Source of the DNA: Gammaproteobacteria bacterium
GTDB lineage: Bacteria > Pseudomonadota > Gammaproteobacteria > Pseudomonadales > Azotimanducaceae
Direction: 5' to 3'
Length of the DNA: 36,372 nt
NCBI GenBank assembly: GCA_009919975.1
Contig: RGAU01000001.1
Coordinates: 1-36,372 of the forward strand
Of the stretch, positions 8,098 to 16,037 are shown piece by piece. The stretch's first letter is position 1; every line of letters begins with the position of its first letter. Made by a program: the position numbers and the translations under genes. The notes under the pieces were generated by a model. That model was not told the DNA's origin. It saw nothing but the letters and a program-made list of their open reading frames with translations, and searched no databases.

Positions 8098-8273
8098 TCC
8101 TAGAAGGAAAACCCGAGATGCCCTAGGGGAGGAGGGTTGGGCACCCCGGGGGTCACGAACGCTTGGCGCGCGGTGACCGATTCGACGACCTGTGTGCCAA
8201 GCCAAAAGGCGAGGCCTTGTGGGGGCTGACCAAGTGCACACGATCAGGTCGGCTACAGCGCCCGATGACGGGC
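8098..8273 (-). ncRNA. Candidate structured RNA: 3'UTR-derived or independent sRNA, family not recognised
   Basis: It contains a 66-nt imperfect hairpin at 8186-8251 (cgacctg/caggtcg, tgtgc/gcaca, agcc/ggct). Further hairpins lie at 8151-8178 and 8260-8273. A CCUCCUCCCC tract is present on the minus strand, and the element ends at the strong terminator 8074-8097. No convincing ORF and no promoter identified. Confidence 0.25.
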
Positions 8274-8446
8274 AAAAAACACGTTCTCCAATGGCAATAC
8301 AGGAAGTGTGCCAATGCTTCTTGACCGCTTGATGACGCTGGAAAGGGGCGCCAGGCCCCAGATCAAGCCCTTTCCCGCGGTCCTTGCCGGGGCAGCAGGG
8401 GGAGGCGTTGCCCGGTGCTGGTGCGACGTTCGGCGCTTGCGCTTTC

Positions 8447-10048
8447 TCATGGTGCAATTCCCGCTTGAAGCCCCGCGCTCCCAAGGGCGCAGGCAAGGCC
8501 GATGAATCCACTGTAGCCGAGCAAGCTTAGCGCAGCGGTTCGGCCCCCTCGGTCGCTGAGGGCAGCGCCCAGGGCTCGGGCCACCTGGGGCAGGGCGGAA
8601 AGCCCCGCCACGGCAAGGGTGGCCAGGCACCCAAAGACGTTCCACCAAAGCCAGGAAACCCCCGGCGCTCCCAGCCAGAGGGCGGCATTCAGAGCCATGC
8701 CGGCGGCGAGGCCCCGGAGCGCAGCCCCTTCCCCTACGCGGGGAGCAAAGGCCGCGATGAGAAAAAGGGCCAGGAGCGGGCCGTTTAGGAGGGAGCCGAT
8801 CTTATTGATGGCAACCAGGACGGAGTCGGCAACATCCCCGACGTAGAAGGCCAACGCCACAATCACGAGACCCCAGAAAAGCGTGAGCGCCTTGGCGATG
8901 GGAAGGGCACCGAAGCGCGCTTCCAGCTGTGCCCCCCGGGGCCAGCGCCCGATGAGATCTTCGCTGCTGGCGGCGGAAAGGGCATTGAGCACGGAGTCGA
9001 TGGAGGACATGGCCGCGGCGAGAAGCGCCACGATAACGAGGCCCACCAGCCCCGGGGGGAACTGGTCGAAGACAAACTGAACCACTGCGAGATTGATGTT
9101 TGGGGTGCCGTGCTCCGTCACCGGGAGCCGATCGAGAAAGGCGCCGTCGAAGTTGGCATAGGCCGCGAGGCATAGGCCCAGGAGGCAGTAGAGCAGCACT
9201 AGGGGGAAGCGTAGCAGGCCGTTGTACCAAAGGATCCGCTGGCCCGCGGCCACCGATTCGCTCGCCAGCAGGCGCTGGCTTTGGCTCTGGTCGCAACCGT
9301 AGTAGCTGACGTAAAGAAAGAAGCCCCCGAAAAGCATGGGCCAGAAAGCATAGTCCACCCCGTCTCCTAGGCCCGTATGTTGCAAGTCCAGGCTTTGAAC
9401 CCGGGCTTCGGGCAAATGGGCGAGCAGCCCGGGAAGGCCTCCAAGCACGGAAAGGGCAAGGCACAGGGCCAGTACGAGCACGCTCACGAGGACGACGAGC
9501 TGAATGACGTCGCTGAGGATCACCGCCCGCATGCCGCCCAGGAGGTCATAGATCAGGGTCACCGCCGCCAGTAGGGCCACGCAGGCAGCAAAGGACAGCT
9601 CAAGGCAGAGGGTGAGCACGAGGGCCATGCCGTAGACCGTGACGGCGGCGCCGGCGGCGCGGAACACCTGGAACAGCAGGGAAGCCAGTACCCGGCTCCG
9701 CACCCCCAGGCGGGCCTCGAGGAAACTGTAGACCGATATAGCGCCATGGCGCCGAAGGGCGGGGTAGAGCGTCAGAAGCAGGAAGGCCATGGCGAGGGGC
9801 ACGGCGAGCTCGTACTGAAGCCAGCCTAGGCCGCCGCCGAGGCTAAAGGCGACGAAGGCCGGTGCCCCCAAGAGGCTCGCGCTCGAGCACTGGGTGGCCA
9901 TGGTGGACAGGGCGAGGGCGAGGGGGCTGCTGCGGCGCCCCGCGAGATAGTAGGCTTCCCGCGAGGTTTGCTCTGGCGCCAAGCGGACCGCAAGGCAGAG
10001 GAGCGCAAAAAGATAGATGGCAATAACGCCCCAATCGAAGGTGGTCAT
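8447..10048 (-). CDS. Sodium:solute symporter (SSS/SSF) family transporter
   Basis: 533 aa and polytopic. The N-terminus AYYLAGRRSSPLALALSTMATQCSSASLLGAPAF is typical of SSS proteins. GAGGGAGA lies upstream of the ATG. Confidence 0.85.
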   Translation of the reverse strand: MTTFDWGVIAIYLFALLCLAVRLAPEQTSREAYYLAGRRSSPLALALSTMATQCSSASLLGAPAFVAFSLGGGLGWLQYELAVPLAMAFLLLTLYPALRRHGAISVYSFLEARLGVRSRVLASLLFQVFRAAGAAVTVYGMALVLTLCLELSFAACVALLAAVTLIYDLLGGMRAVILSDVIQLVVLVSVLVLALCLALSVLGGLPGLLAHLPEARVQSLDLQHTGLGDGVDYAFWPMLFGGFFLYVSYYGCDQSQSQRLLASESVAAGQRILWYNGLLRFPLVLLYCLLGLCLAAYANFDGAFLDRLPVTEHGTPNINLAVVQFVFDQFPPGLVGLVIVALLAAAMSSIDSVLNALSAASSEDLIGRWPRGAQLEARFGALPIAKALTLFWGLVIVALAFYVGDVADSVLVAINKIGSLLNGPLLALFLIAAFAPRVGEGAALRGLAAGMALNAALWLGAPGVSWLWWNVFGCLATLAVAGLSALPQVARALGAALSDRGGRTAALSLLGYSGFIGLACALGSAGLQAGIAP

Positions 10049-10137
10049 GGTTCCGATTCTCCCTCTGCCTAAGGCATCGCGATCTGCTGCGCTCCCTGCT
10101 TCAAAGCATTGCCGCTACGCAGCAGCAAGCCCTTGAA

Positions 10138-11676
10138 GTGCAAGCAGGAATTGGACCAGGGCGGTGGTCCGCGGCGGATGTGCTCCTGATCACCTATGGC
10201 CACAGCGTCACCCAAGCGGGACTGTCCCCCCTGGCTTCCCTGCGCGCCTTTTGGGAGCAGCGCCTAGCGCCGCTGGTGAGCGCGGTGCATGTGCTTCCCT
10301 TCTTTCCCTCCACCTCCGATGACGGCTTCTCCGTGGTGGACTTTCGCGCCGTGGACCCGGAGCTGGGCGCCTGGGAAGACCTCACGGGGCTGGCGCGCCG
10401 GGCCCAGCTGATGGTGGATCTCGTCCTGAACCACGTCAGCCGGGAGTCCCTTTGGTTCATCGACTTTGTAGCGGGGCGAGATCCGGGGCAGCTCATACGG
10501 ATACCAGCGCCGTGGTGCGCCCCCGAACCTCGCCCCTGCTGGTGCCCGTCCACACCTATCGAGGGGTGCGCCATGTCTGGGCCACCTTTAGCGAAGACCA
10601 GATTGATTTGAACCTGGCCAACCCCCGGGTGTTTCTGGAGCTCGCCCGGGTGCTCCTCTTCTATCTGGCCCAGGGGGCCCGGCTCGTGCGCCTTGATGCG
10701 GTGGCCTATCTCTACAAGCGTTTGGGGACGCCCTGCATTCACCTTCGAGAAACCCACGCCCTGGTGAAGGCCCTGCGCCTCGTGAGCGAATTAGCCTTTG
10801 ACCCCGCGGAGGACCCGGTGCTCCTCGTGTCGGAAACCAACGTTCCTCACGAGGAGAACATCGCCTACTTTGGGGAGGGGGATGAGGCCCATGTGGTCTA
10901 CCAGTTCGCCCTGGCGCCTCTCACCCTCCACGCCTTTGCTACGGGGGATCCCACACCCCTCCGGCGCTGGCTTGCGGCCCTTTCGCCGCCGCCGACGGGC
11001 TGCGCGTTCCTGAATTTCCTCGCCTCTCACGACGGCATTGGGGTGCGCCCGGCGGAGGGCTGGCTTACCCCGGCCCAGCTTGAAGCGCTGGTGGCCCACA
11101 CCCACCGCCAGGGCGGCTTCGTCAGCATGCGGGCCCTCGAGGGAGGCGGGGAGGCGCCCTACGAACTCAACATTACGCTTGTAGACGCCCTCGGCGCGGG
11201 CCCCCAGGGAGAGGCCGACGGGTTTGGGCCCGTGCGCCTCGCCGCGGCCCACGCCCTCATGCTAGCGCTGCAGGGAATTCCTGCGGTCTACATTCACAGC
11301 CTCCTGGGGACTCCCAACGATCTCGCGGGGGTGGAGCGCACCGGGCGCACCCGCTCCATCAATCGCCGCAGCTGGGACCGGGGCGCGCTAGAGGCGCACC
11401 TTGCCGGCGCGCGCGCCCAGGCCAGCTGGACGCGGTTGGAGACCCTACTTCGATGTCGGCGGAAGCTGGCGGCCTTTCATCCCGAGGCGCCCCAGGCGGT
11501 GCTGGATTTAGGCCCCGGCCTCTTGGCGCGTGAATCCCACGGACCAGCCCCAGCGGGTTGCTTCCCTTCCCGGGGCCAGCGCTCTCCCGGTGCTGCGGGA
11601 TCATTTGAGCGATGCGCCGGTGGATCTGAGCGAGCCCCTGCCACCCTATGCCTATCATTGGCTGGCCTGGCCCTAG
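10138..11676 (+). pseudogene. Sucrose-phosphorylase-family (GH13_18) sugar phosphorylase, glucosylglycerate-phosphorylase-like, interrupted by two frameshifts
   Basis: The homology runs through three frames. Frame A covers 10138 to about 10488 (VLLITYG…VHVLPFFPSTSDDGFSVVDF…DLVLNHVSRES). Frame B covers about 10485 to 11529 (VVRPRTSPLL…WATFSEDQIDLN…RLDAVAYL…LASHDGIGV). Frame C covers 11530-11676 (RVNPTDQPQRV…LPPYAYHWLAWP*). The shifts sit at a G4 run (10485-10488) and at gcgcg (11526-11530). Confidence 0.75.
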
Positions 11677-11707
11677 GGGCCCTGCCCTAGGGGCCCTGCC
11701 CTAGGCC
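11671..11707. repeat. 14-bp tandem repeat CCCTAGGGGCCCTG, about 2.6 copies, between convergent genes
   Basis: Exact copies lie at 11671-11684 and 11685-11698, with a partial copy at 11699-11707. Each copy carries the palindrome CCCTAGGG. Confidence 0.8.
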
Positions 11708-12930
11708 GGGCCCCCGGCGTCCTGCGCATCCTGGCTGACGGCGCTGCGTAGCTTCTCGAAGATGTCCGGGTCCGCGCTTTGGATTCGATTCCAGCTGGGA
11801 ATGAAGGGCGTTTCCTGGGGGCGCTCAAGGAAGCGCTCCCCGGCGCTTAAGATATTGGCAGAGAATAGCTCCACGGCGCGTTCCTCCCCATCCCGGTCCA
11901 GGGTGAGGCCGTTCATGATCGCGTCGTGATAGTAGGCCTCGAGGAAATCCAGGGCCTGGCGGTAGTAGGTGGCCTTGAGGGTACGGATGCTTTCCGCGCT
12001 GAAGACGACGCCCTGGGTCGCCAGCTTGCGCAGCACGGCCTTAACGATGTCCACGGACATGCGGGAAAGCCCTTTGCTGGCATCGTCCTCCGAGAGCTCC
12101 TGGTGCTTGTGGTCGTAATTGTCCGCCACGTCCACCTGGCAGATCCGCCGATTTCCGTAATTTCGTTGCACCTCGGACAGCACGCCAATCTCCAGGCCCC
12201 AATCGCTCGGGATGCGGAGGTTCGCCAGCACCTCCGTGCGGAGGGAAAACTCCCCGGCCAGGGGATAGCGGAAGCTGTCGAGGTAAGTGAGGAAGGGGCG
12301 CTCCCCGTGCATTTCCCGCAGGGCCCGAAGGAGGGGGGTGACGAGGAGGCGACAGACCCGACCCCCGAGCTTTCCAGCGGCGACCCGGGGGTAGTACCCC
12401 TTACAGAAATCGTATTGGAAGCGCGGGTGCACAACGGGGTAGAGGAGGCGCGCTAGGAGGGCGCGATCGTAGGTCAGGATGTCGCAATCGTGCAGCGCGA
12501 CCGCATCCACGAGCCCAGTGGCTTGCACGTAGCCGAAGCAATACCAAACGTTCCGGCCCTTGCCGAGCTCCCGGGGTGCGAGGCCTAGCGTCTGTAGCTG
12601 TTCGTCAATGGCTTTCAGGCGTGGCCCGTCGTTCCAAAGTACGCGATGGTGCTGAGGCAGGCGGCTGAAATAGTGAAGGGCGTGGGCGTACTGCTCTCGA
12701 TCCGCGCGATCAAGGCCAATCACGATCTGGCTCAGGTAGGGGACCTGGCTCAGCACTTCGACGATGTGGGCCAGGGCCGGGCCCTCAAGCTCGGAATAGA
12801 GGGAAGGCAGTACCAGGCCCATGGGGCGCTGCTTAGCAAAGCCAAGGAGCTCTCCTTCAAGGTCATCGAGGCTCCGCGTGCCGAGGCCGTGGAGGGTGGC
12901 GATGGCGCCGTTTTGGAAAAAGTCAGACAT
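11701..12930 (-). CDS. gpgS: Glucosyl-3-phosphoglycerate synthase-like retaining GT-A glycosyltransferase
   Basis: 409 aa, starting MSDFFQNGAIATLHGLG…. Motifs include GKGRNVW, a DxD (HDCDIL) and KGYYPRVAAGKLGGRVCRLLVTPLL. It lies immediately downstream of an MPGP-family phosphatase. The sugar specificity (glucosyl versus mannosyl) is inferred, not shown. Confidence 0.7.
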   Translation of the reverse strand: MSDFFQNGAIATLHGLGTRSLDDLEGELLGFAKQRPMGLVLPSLYSELEGPALAHIVEVLSQVPYLSQIVIGLDRADREQYAHALHYFSRLPQHHRVLWNDGPRLKAIDEQLQTLGLAPRELGKGRNVWYCFGYVQATGLVDAVALHDCDILTYDRALLARLLYPVVHPRFQYDFCKGYYPRVAAGKLGGRVCRLLVTPLLRALREMHGERPFLTYLDSFRYPLAGEFSLRTEVLANLRIPSDWGLEIGVLSEVQRNYGNRRICQVDVADNYDHKHQELSEDDASKGLSRMSVDIVKAVLRKLATQGVVFSAESIRTLKATYYRQALDFLEAYYHDAIMNGLTLDRDGEERAVELFSANILSAGERFLERPQETPFIPSWNRIQSADPDIFEKLRSAVSQDAQDAGGPA

Positions 12931-12955
12931 GGCAACGCTCGCTTATGCGGTGGGG

Positions 12956-13744
12956 CTAGTTGGGTCTCGTTTGGGGTAGGGCGCCCAGCTGCGCCAGCAC
13001 CGCCGGACCCCAGCCGTCCGGGCCGGGCGCCGGGGCGATGGTCACCCCCTCGGTCCGTTTTAATGCAAGACGGGTTCCATCTTTTCGCGGCATGACCACG
13101 GCGAAGGTGGCGGCCTCGAGCATGGCCCGGTCGTTTTCCCCATCCCCCAGGGCCAGGGTAGGTGCTCCGGGAGCCAGAAGGTTCGCCAGGGTGCGAAGGC
13201 CGTCGACCTTATCCCGCTCGGGCATCACGTGAAGAAAACGCCCGCCATGGACCGCCCGAAGGCCATGGGGCGCAAGGGCGGCGCGGAAGCGCGCGAGGGC
13301 CTCCTCGTTGCCGTGAAAGAGCCCTGGCTCCGAGGCCTCCCGGGCCATGGCCAGGGTAACGGCGCTGGGGGCGAGGCCCGTAAGGGCCTCGACGCGCGAC
13401 GCCCCCAGGGCAGCGAAGCCCTCAAAGGGCGCCGCGGCGGGCCCAAGGTCCTTAAGGATGGCCAGGAGTGCGGCGTAGCCTGGGCCAAAGAGGGTGGTTT
13501 GGGGGCCGCCCGGGCCGGGGCAGGTGATCCCGGCGCCATTTTCGAAGATAAGCCCGGGGACGCCCGGGAGTTGCGCCGATAGCGTCGTAAGTTCGGCGCG
13601 CGTTTTTGAGGTGGCCAGCACCAGGGGAATCTGTTTCTGGGCGAGCCGAGCCAGGGCCGCCTCAGCGCCCGCGAAGCGGTAGGCATCGTTGAGCAGGGTT
13701 CCGTCCAGGTCCGTGAAGACCAGGAGAGGCGGGGCTTCCCTCAC
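12956..13744 (-). CDS. gpgP: HAD-IIB phosphatase of the mannosyl/glucosyl-3-phosphoglycerate phosphatase (YedP/MPGP) family
   Basis: 262 aa with LLVFTDLDGTLL, …ATSKT… and …LGDGENDRAML. It is colinear by eye with E. coli YedP. The start is GTG at 13744. Confidence 0.75.
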   Translation of the reverse strand: MREAPPLLVFTDLDGTLLNDAYRFAGAEAALARLAQKQIPLVLATSKTRAELTTLSAQLPGVPGLIFENGAGITCPGPGGPQTTLFGPGYAALLAILKDLGPAAAPFEGFAALGASRVEALTGLAPSAVTLAMAREASEPGLFHGNEEALARFRAALAPHGLRAVHGGRFLHVMPERDKVDGLRTLANLLAPGAPTLALGDGENDRAMLEAATFAVVMPRKDGTRLALKRTEGVTIAPAPGPDGWGPAVLAQLGALPQTRPN

Positions 13745-13756
13745 GGCGCAGAATCC

Positions 13757-14695
13757 CTAGGCGGCTGCGGCCTGATTGACGGCTTCTACCTGCGGCAGCA
13801 CGTCCTTAATGAGCCGGGCAGTCTGGACCATCATGTCGTCGTCGTCCTGGGCCATGGGGCGAAGAATAAACTTGTGGGCCCCGGCGGCGTGGTAGGCGAG
13901 GAGCCGTTCCATGATGGCGTCGCTATCCCCCACGGCCATCATGGCGTCGGCCTGGTCCCCCAGCCGAGCCCGCAGCGCGTCCCCCTGGGCCTTGGCGACG
14001 GGATCTTCCGGGGATCCAAAGCGGAAGGCGAAGCCCGCGCCATAGTGATCTTCGTCGATGGTGCGGCCGAGGGCTGCGGCCCGGTCCTTAATCGCCGTGA
14101 TGACGGGAGCAATTTCCTCTGGCGTTTCGAGCCCTGCTTGCCACCCGGTGCCCCAGCGCGCCGTGCGCTCGATGGCTGCCGGGGCGCTGCCTCCCACCCA
14201 AAGGGGAAGGTTCCGCTGCACCGGCTGGGGCGCAAGGGTGGCGTTCTCGTATTGGTAGTAGGTGCCCTTGAAGGTGACCGCCCCTTGCGCCCAGAGCTTC
14301 GAGATGATTTCTAGGGCCTCGGCGCTGCGCTTGCCCCGACCCTGGGTGGGCACGCCCCGAGCGCGGTAGTCGTCGCTCCGCGCCGTGCCGACCCCAAAGG
14401 CGGGGAGTAGGCGGCCCTCAGACAGCACATCGATGGTGGCGCAGGCCTTGGCGGTGAGGAAGGGGTCCCGGTGCCCGAGGGATGCCACGTTCATGCCGAA
14501 CTTGATGCGCTTCGTGCCCCCGGCGAGGGCGGCCATGACGGACATGACTTCAAGATTTGGGATGGGGCTTACCAGGCGATCAGACTGCCAGATGGAATCG
14601 ACGCCGCCGCTTTCGCAGAGGTCTACCCAGCGCCAGAAGGCGCGGCCGCTGGAGAAGGGGAAATGGGCAAGGCCGAGGCCGGCGCTGATGGTCAT
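13757..14695 (-). CDS. Luciferase-like monooxygenase (LLM) class oxidoreductase, possibly F420-dependent
   Basis: LLM-type TIM-barrel sequence (GVDSIWQSDRL…, RLLPAFGVG, LPLWVGGSAP). I set the start at ATG 14695..14693 because GAAGGAG lies 7 nt upstream; the track ORF is 13 codons longer. There is only a 12-nt gap to gpgP. Confidence 0.8.
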   Translation of the reverse strand: MTISAGLGLAHFPFSSGRAFWRWVDLCESGGVDSIWQSDRLVSPIPNLEVMSVMAALAGGTKRIKFGMNVASLGHRDPFLTAKACATIDVLSEGRLLPAFGVGTARSDDYRARGVPTQGRGKRSAEALEIISKLWAQGAVTFKGTYYQYENATLAPQPVQRNLPLWVGGSAPAAIERTARWGTGWQAGLETPEEIAPVITAIKDRAAALGRTIDEDHYGAGFAFRFGSPEDPVAKAQGDALRARLGDQADAMMAVGDSDAIMERLLAYHAAGAHKFILRPMAQDDDDMMVQTARLIKDVLPQVEAVNQAAAA

Positions 14696-14843
14696 GATAG
14701 GACTCCTTCGCATCGTGAAGGTCCATGGGAGCATGGGGCGCCGGGCGCGGCAACTTTTGCCAAGGCCGGCGGTCTCGGGCCTAATAGGGCTCGGCGCCCT
14801 TCGCCCCTAGGGGTGCCTCTTGTGAGAAAGGAGAACGCAGCGC

Positions 14844-15248
14844 GTGGATAACGCCGATCTACGACGGGCAGGCCTCAAGGTCACCGTGCCCCGGCTAAAG
14901 ATTCTCGAGATCCTCGAGAGCGCCGAGCCCCACCATCTGTCTGCGGAAGACGTCTACCGAAAGCTTATGGAGTCCGATGAAAGCATCGGTCTTGCCACGG
15001 TTTATCGGGTGCTGACGCAGTTTGAAGGGGCCGGACTCGTGGAGCGGCACAACTTCGATGACGGCCGGGCCGTGTATGAGCTCGCCAGCGACGATCACCA
15101 CGATCATATGGTCGACGTGGACTCGGGACGGGTGATGGAGTTTTTCGATGAACGCATCGAGCGGCTCCAGCGAGAAATTGCCCGGGAGCACGGTTTCGAA
15201 CTGGTGGAGCACACCATGGTGCTCTACGTGCGTAAGGCTAAAAGCTAG
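14844..15248 (+). CDS. fur: Ferric uptake regulator
   Basis: 134 aa with LRRAGLKVTVPRLKILEIL…, GLATVYRVLTQFEGAGLV and HHDHMVDVDSGRV. GTG start with AAGGAG upstream. The protein contains no cysteine, so it has no Cys4 zinc site. Confidence 0.92.
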   Translation: MDNADLRRAGLKVTVPRLKILEILESAEPHHLSAEDVYRKLMESDESIGLATVYRVLTQFEGAGLVERHNFDDGRAVYELASDDHHDHMVDVDSGRVMEFFDERIERLQREIAREHGFELVEHTMVLYVRKAKS

Positions 15249-16027
15249 GACGACTGGCCCCGGCCCCGATCCATAATGCCTCGGCGGCGCTCGGCCACCG
15301 CCTCCGGCTGCACTCGCTCCGCCATGTGCGCCTGGCTCCAGCGCTTCTCCCGAGCGAGGCCCCCTTCCAGAGTGTCTTCCCAACCCGCGTCCATGAGGGC
15401 GAGCACGGCGTTTCGCGTCACCGGCTCCGTGGTCAGGATGTCCTTGGCAAGAGCCCTTGCCGCCGGCAGGAGCTCATCCTTCGGTACCACGCGATTCACC
15501 ATGCCCCAGGCGTAGGCCTGCTGAGCGCTCAGGAAGTTCCCCGTAAGCGAGAGCTCCTTCGCCCGGGGTAGGCCGATGAGCCGAGGCAGGCGCTGGGAGA
15601 GGCCCCAGCCCGGAACGACGCCTACGCGGGCGTGGGTATCGGCAAAGGCGGCTTCCTCGGCGCAGAGCAAGAGGTCGCAGAGCAGGGCCAGCTCGAAGCC
15701 GCCGGTAATGGCGAAGCCGTTGATCGCGCCAATGATGGGCTTAGGGAAACGGTGGAGGACGGCGCCGATGTCGATTTCGGCGCCGTCGGCCTCGGCGCTG
15801 GCCTGCGTTTCCCCCCCAAGCTCCTTGAGGTCCAGGCCCGCGGTGAAGGCCCGGCCGGCGCCGGTGAAAATGACCACCTCCGTTTCGTCGTCGTCAGCTA
15901 AGGCCGTGAAGGTGGTCACGAGGGCCGCGCGGAGAGCTCGGTTTAAGGCGTTGAGGGCTTCCGGGCGGTTCATGGTGACGCAGGCAATGGCCCCGTCCTT
16001 TTCCACCCGTACGATGGGGTCGGTCAT
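15245..16027 (-). CDS. Enoyl-CoA hydratase/isomerase (crotonase) family protein
   Basis: The real start is MTDPIVRVEKDGAIACVTMNRPEALNAL… at ATG 16027..16025 with AGGAG upstream. Motifs are FTGAGRAFTAGLDLKE and GFAITGGFELALLCD. The track ORF over-extends upstream. Confidence 0.88.
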   Translation of the reverse strand: MTDPIVRVEKDGAIACVTMNRPEALNALNRALRAALVTTFTALADDDETEVVIFTGAGRAFTAGLDLKELGGETQASAEADGAEIDIGAVLHRFPKPIIGAINGFAITGGFELALLCDLLLCAEEAAFADTHARVGVVPGWGLSQRLPRLIGLPRAKELSLTGNFLSAQQAYAWGMVNRVVPKDELLPAARALAKDILTTEPVTRNAVLALMDAGWEDTLEGGLAREKRWSQAHMAERVQPEAVAERRRGIMDRGRGQSS

Positions 16028-16037
16028 GGCGAAGCTC

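Noticed and set aside
8100-8447. Possible known RNA: 6S RNA, tmRNA (a GATTCGACG-like string at about 8179-8187), SRP RNA, RNase P RNA or a cobalamin riboswitch.
   Set aside because: It has no tRNA-like 3' end or T-arm for tmRNA. It also lacks the GGAAAGUCCGG-type RNase P core, the SRP GGAAG/AGCA motif pair and a B12 box. I left it as an unassigned structured region.
7861-8648. Track ORFs 7861-8511 (-), 8253-8648 (-) and 8308-8505 (+) spanning the large intergenic gap.
   Set aside because: They run through two rho-independent terminators or overlap the XRE and symporter genes. They have low-complexity basic composition and no motifs. Only the ATGA-coupled distal part (8253-8450) is kept, as a weak finding.
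10027-10137. Possible missing N-terminus of the sugar phosphorylase. The frame is open upstream of GTG 10138 with plausible-looking residues but no start codon.
   Set aside because: Characterised sucrose phosphorylases start only about 5-15 residues before the LITY motif, so GTG 10138 gives a normal-length N-terminus. The upstream open stretch is most simply the divergent promoter region shared with the symporter.
14751-14763. Sigma54-like TGGCA…TTGC elements (GGCAACTTTTGCC upstream of fur/LLM; TTGGCAC…TTGCC at about 8290-8314).
   Set aside because: The GG-to-GC spacing is 10 and 17 nt respectively, not the canonical 12. They may just be small palindromes.
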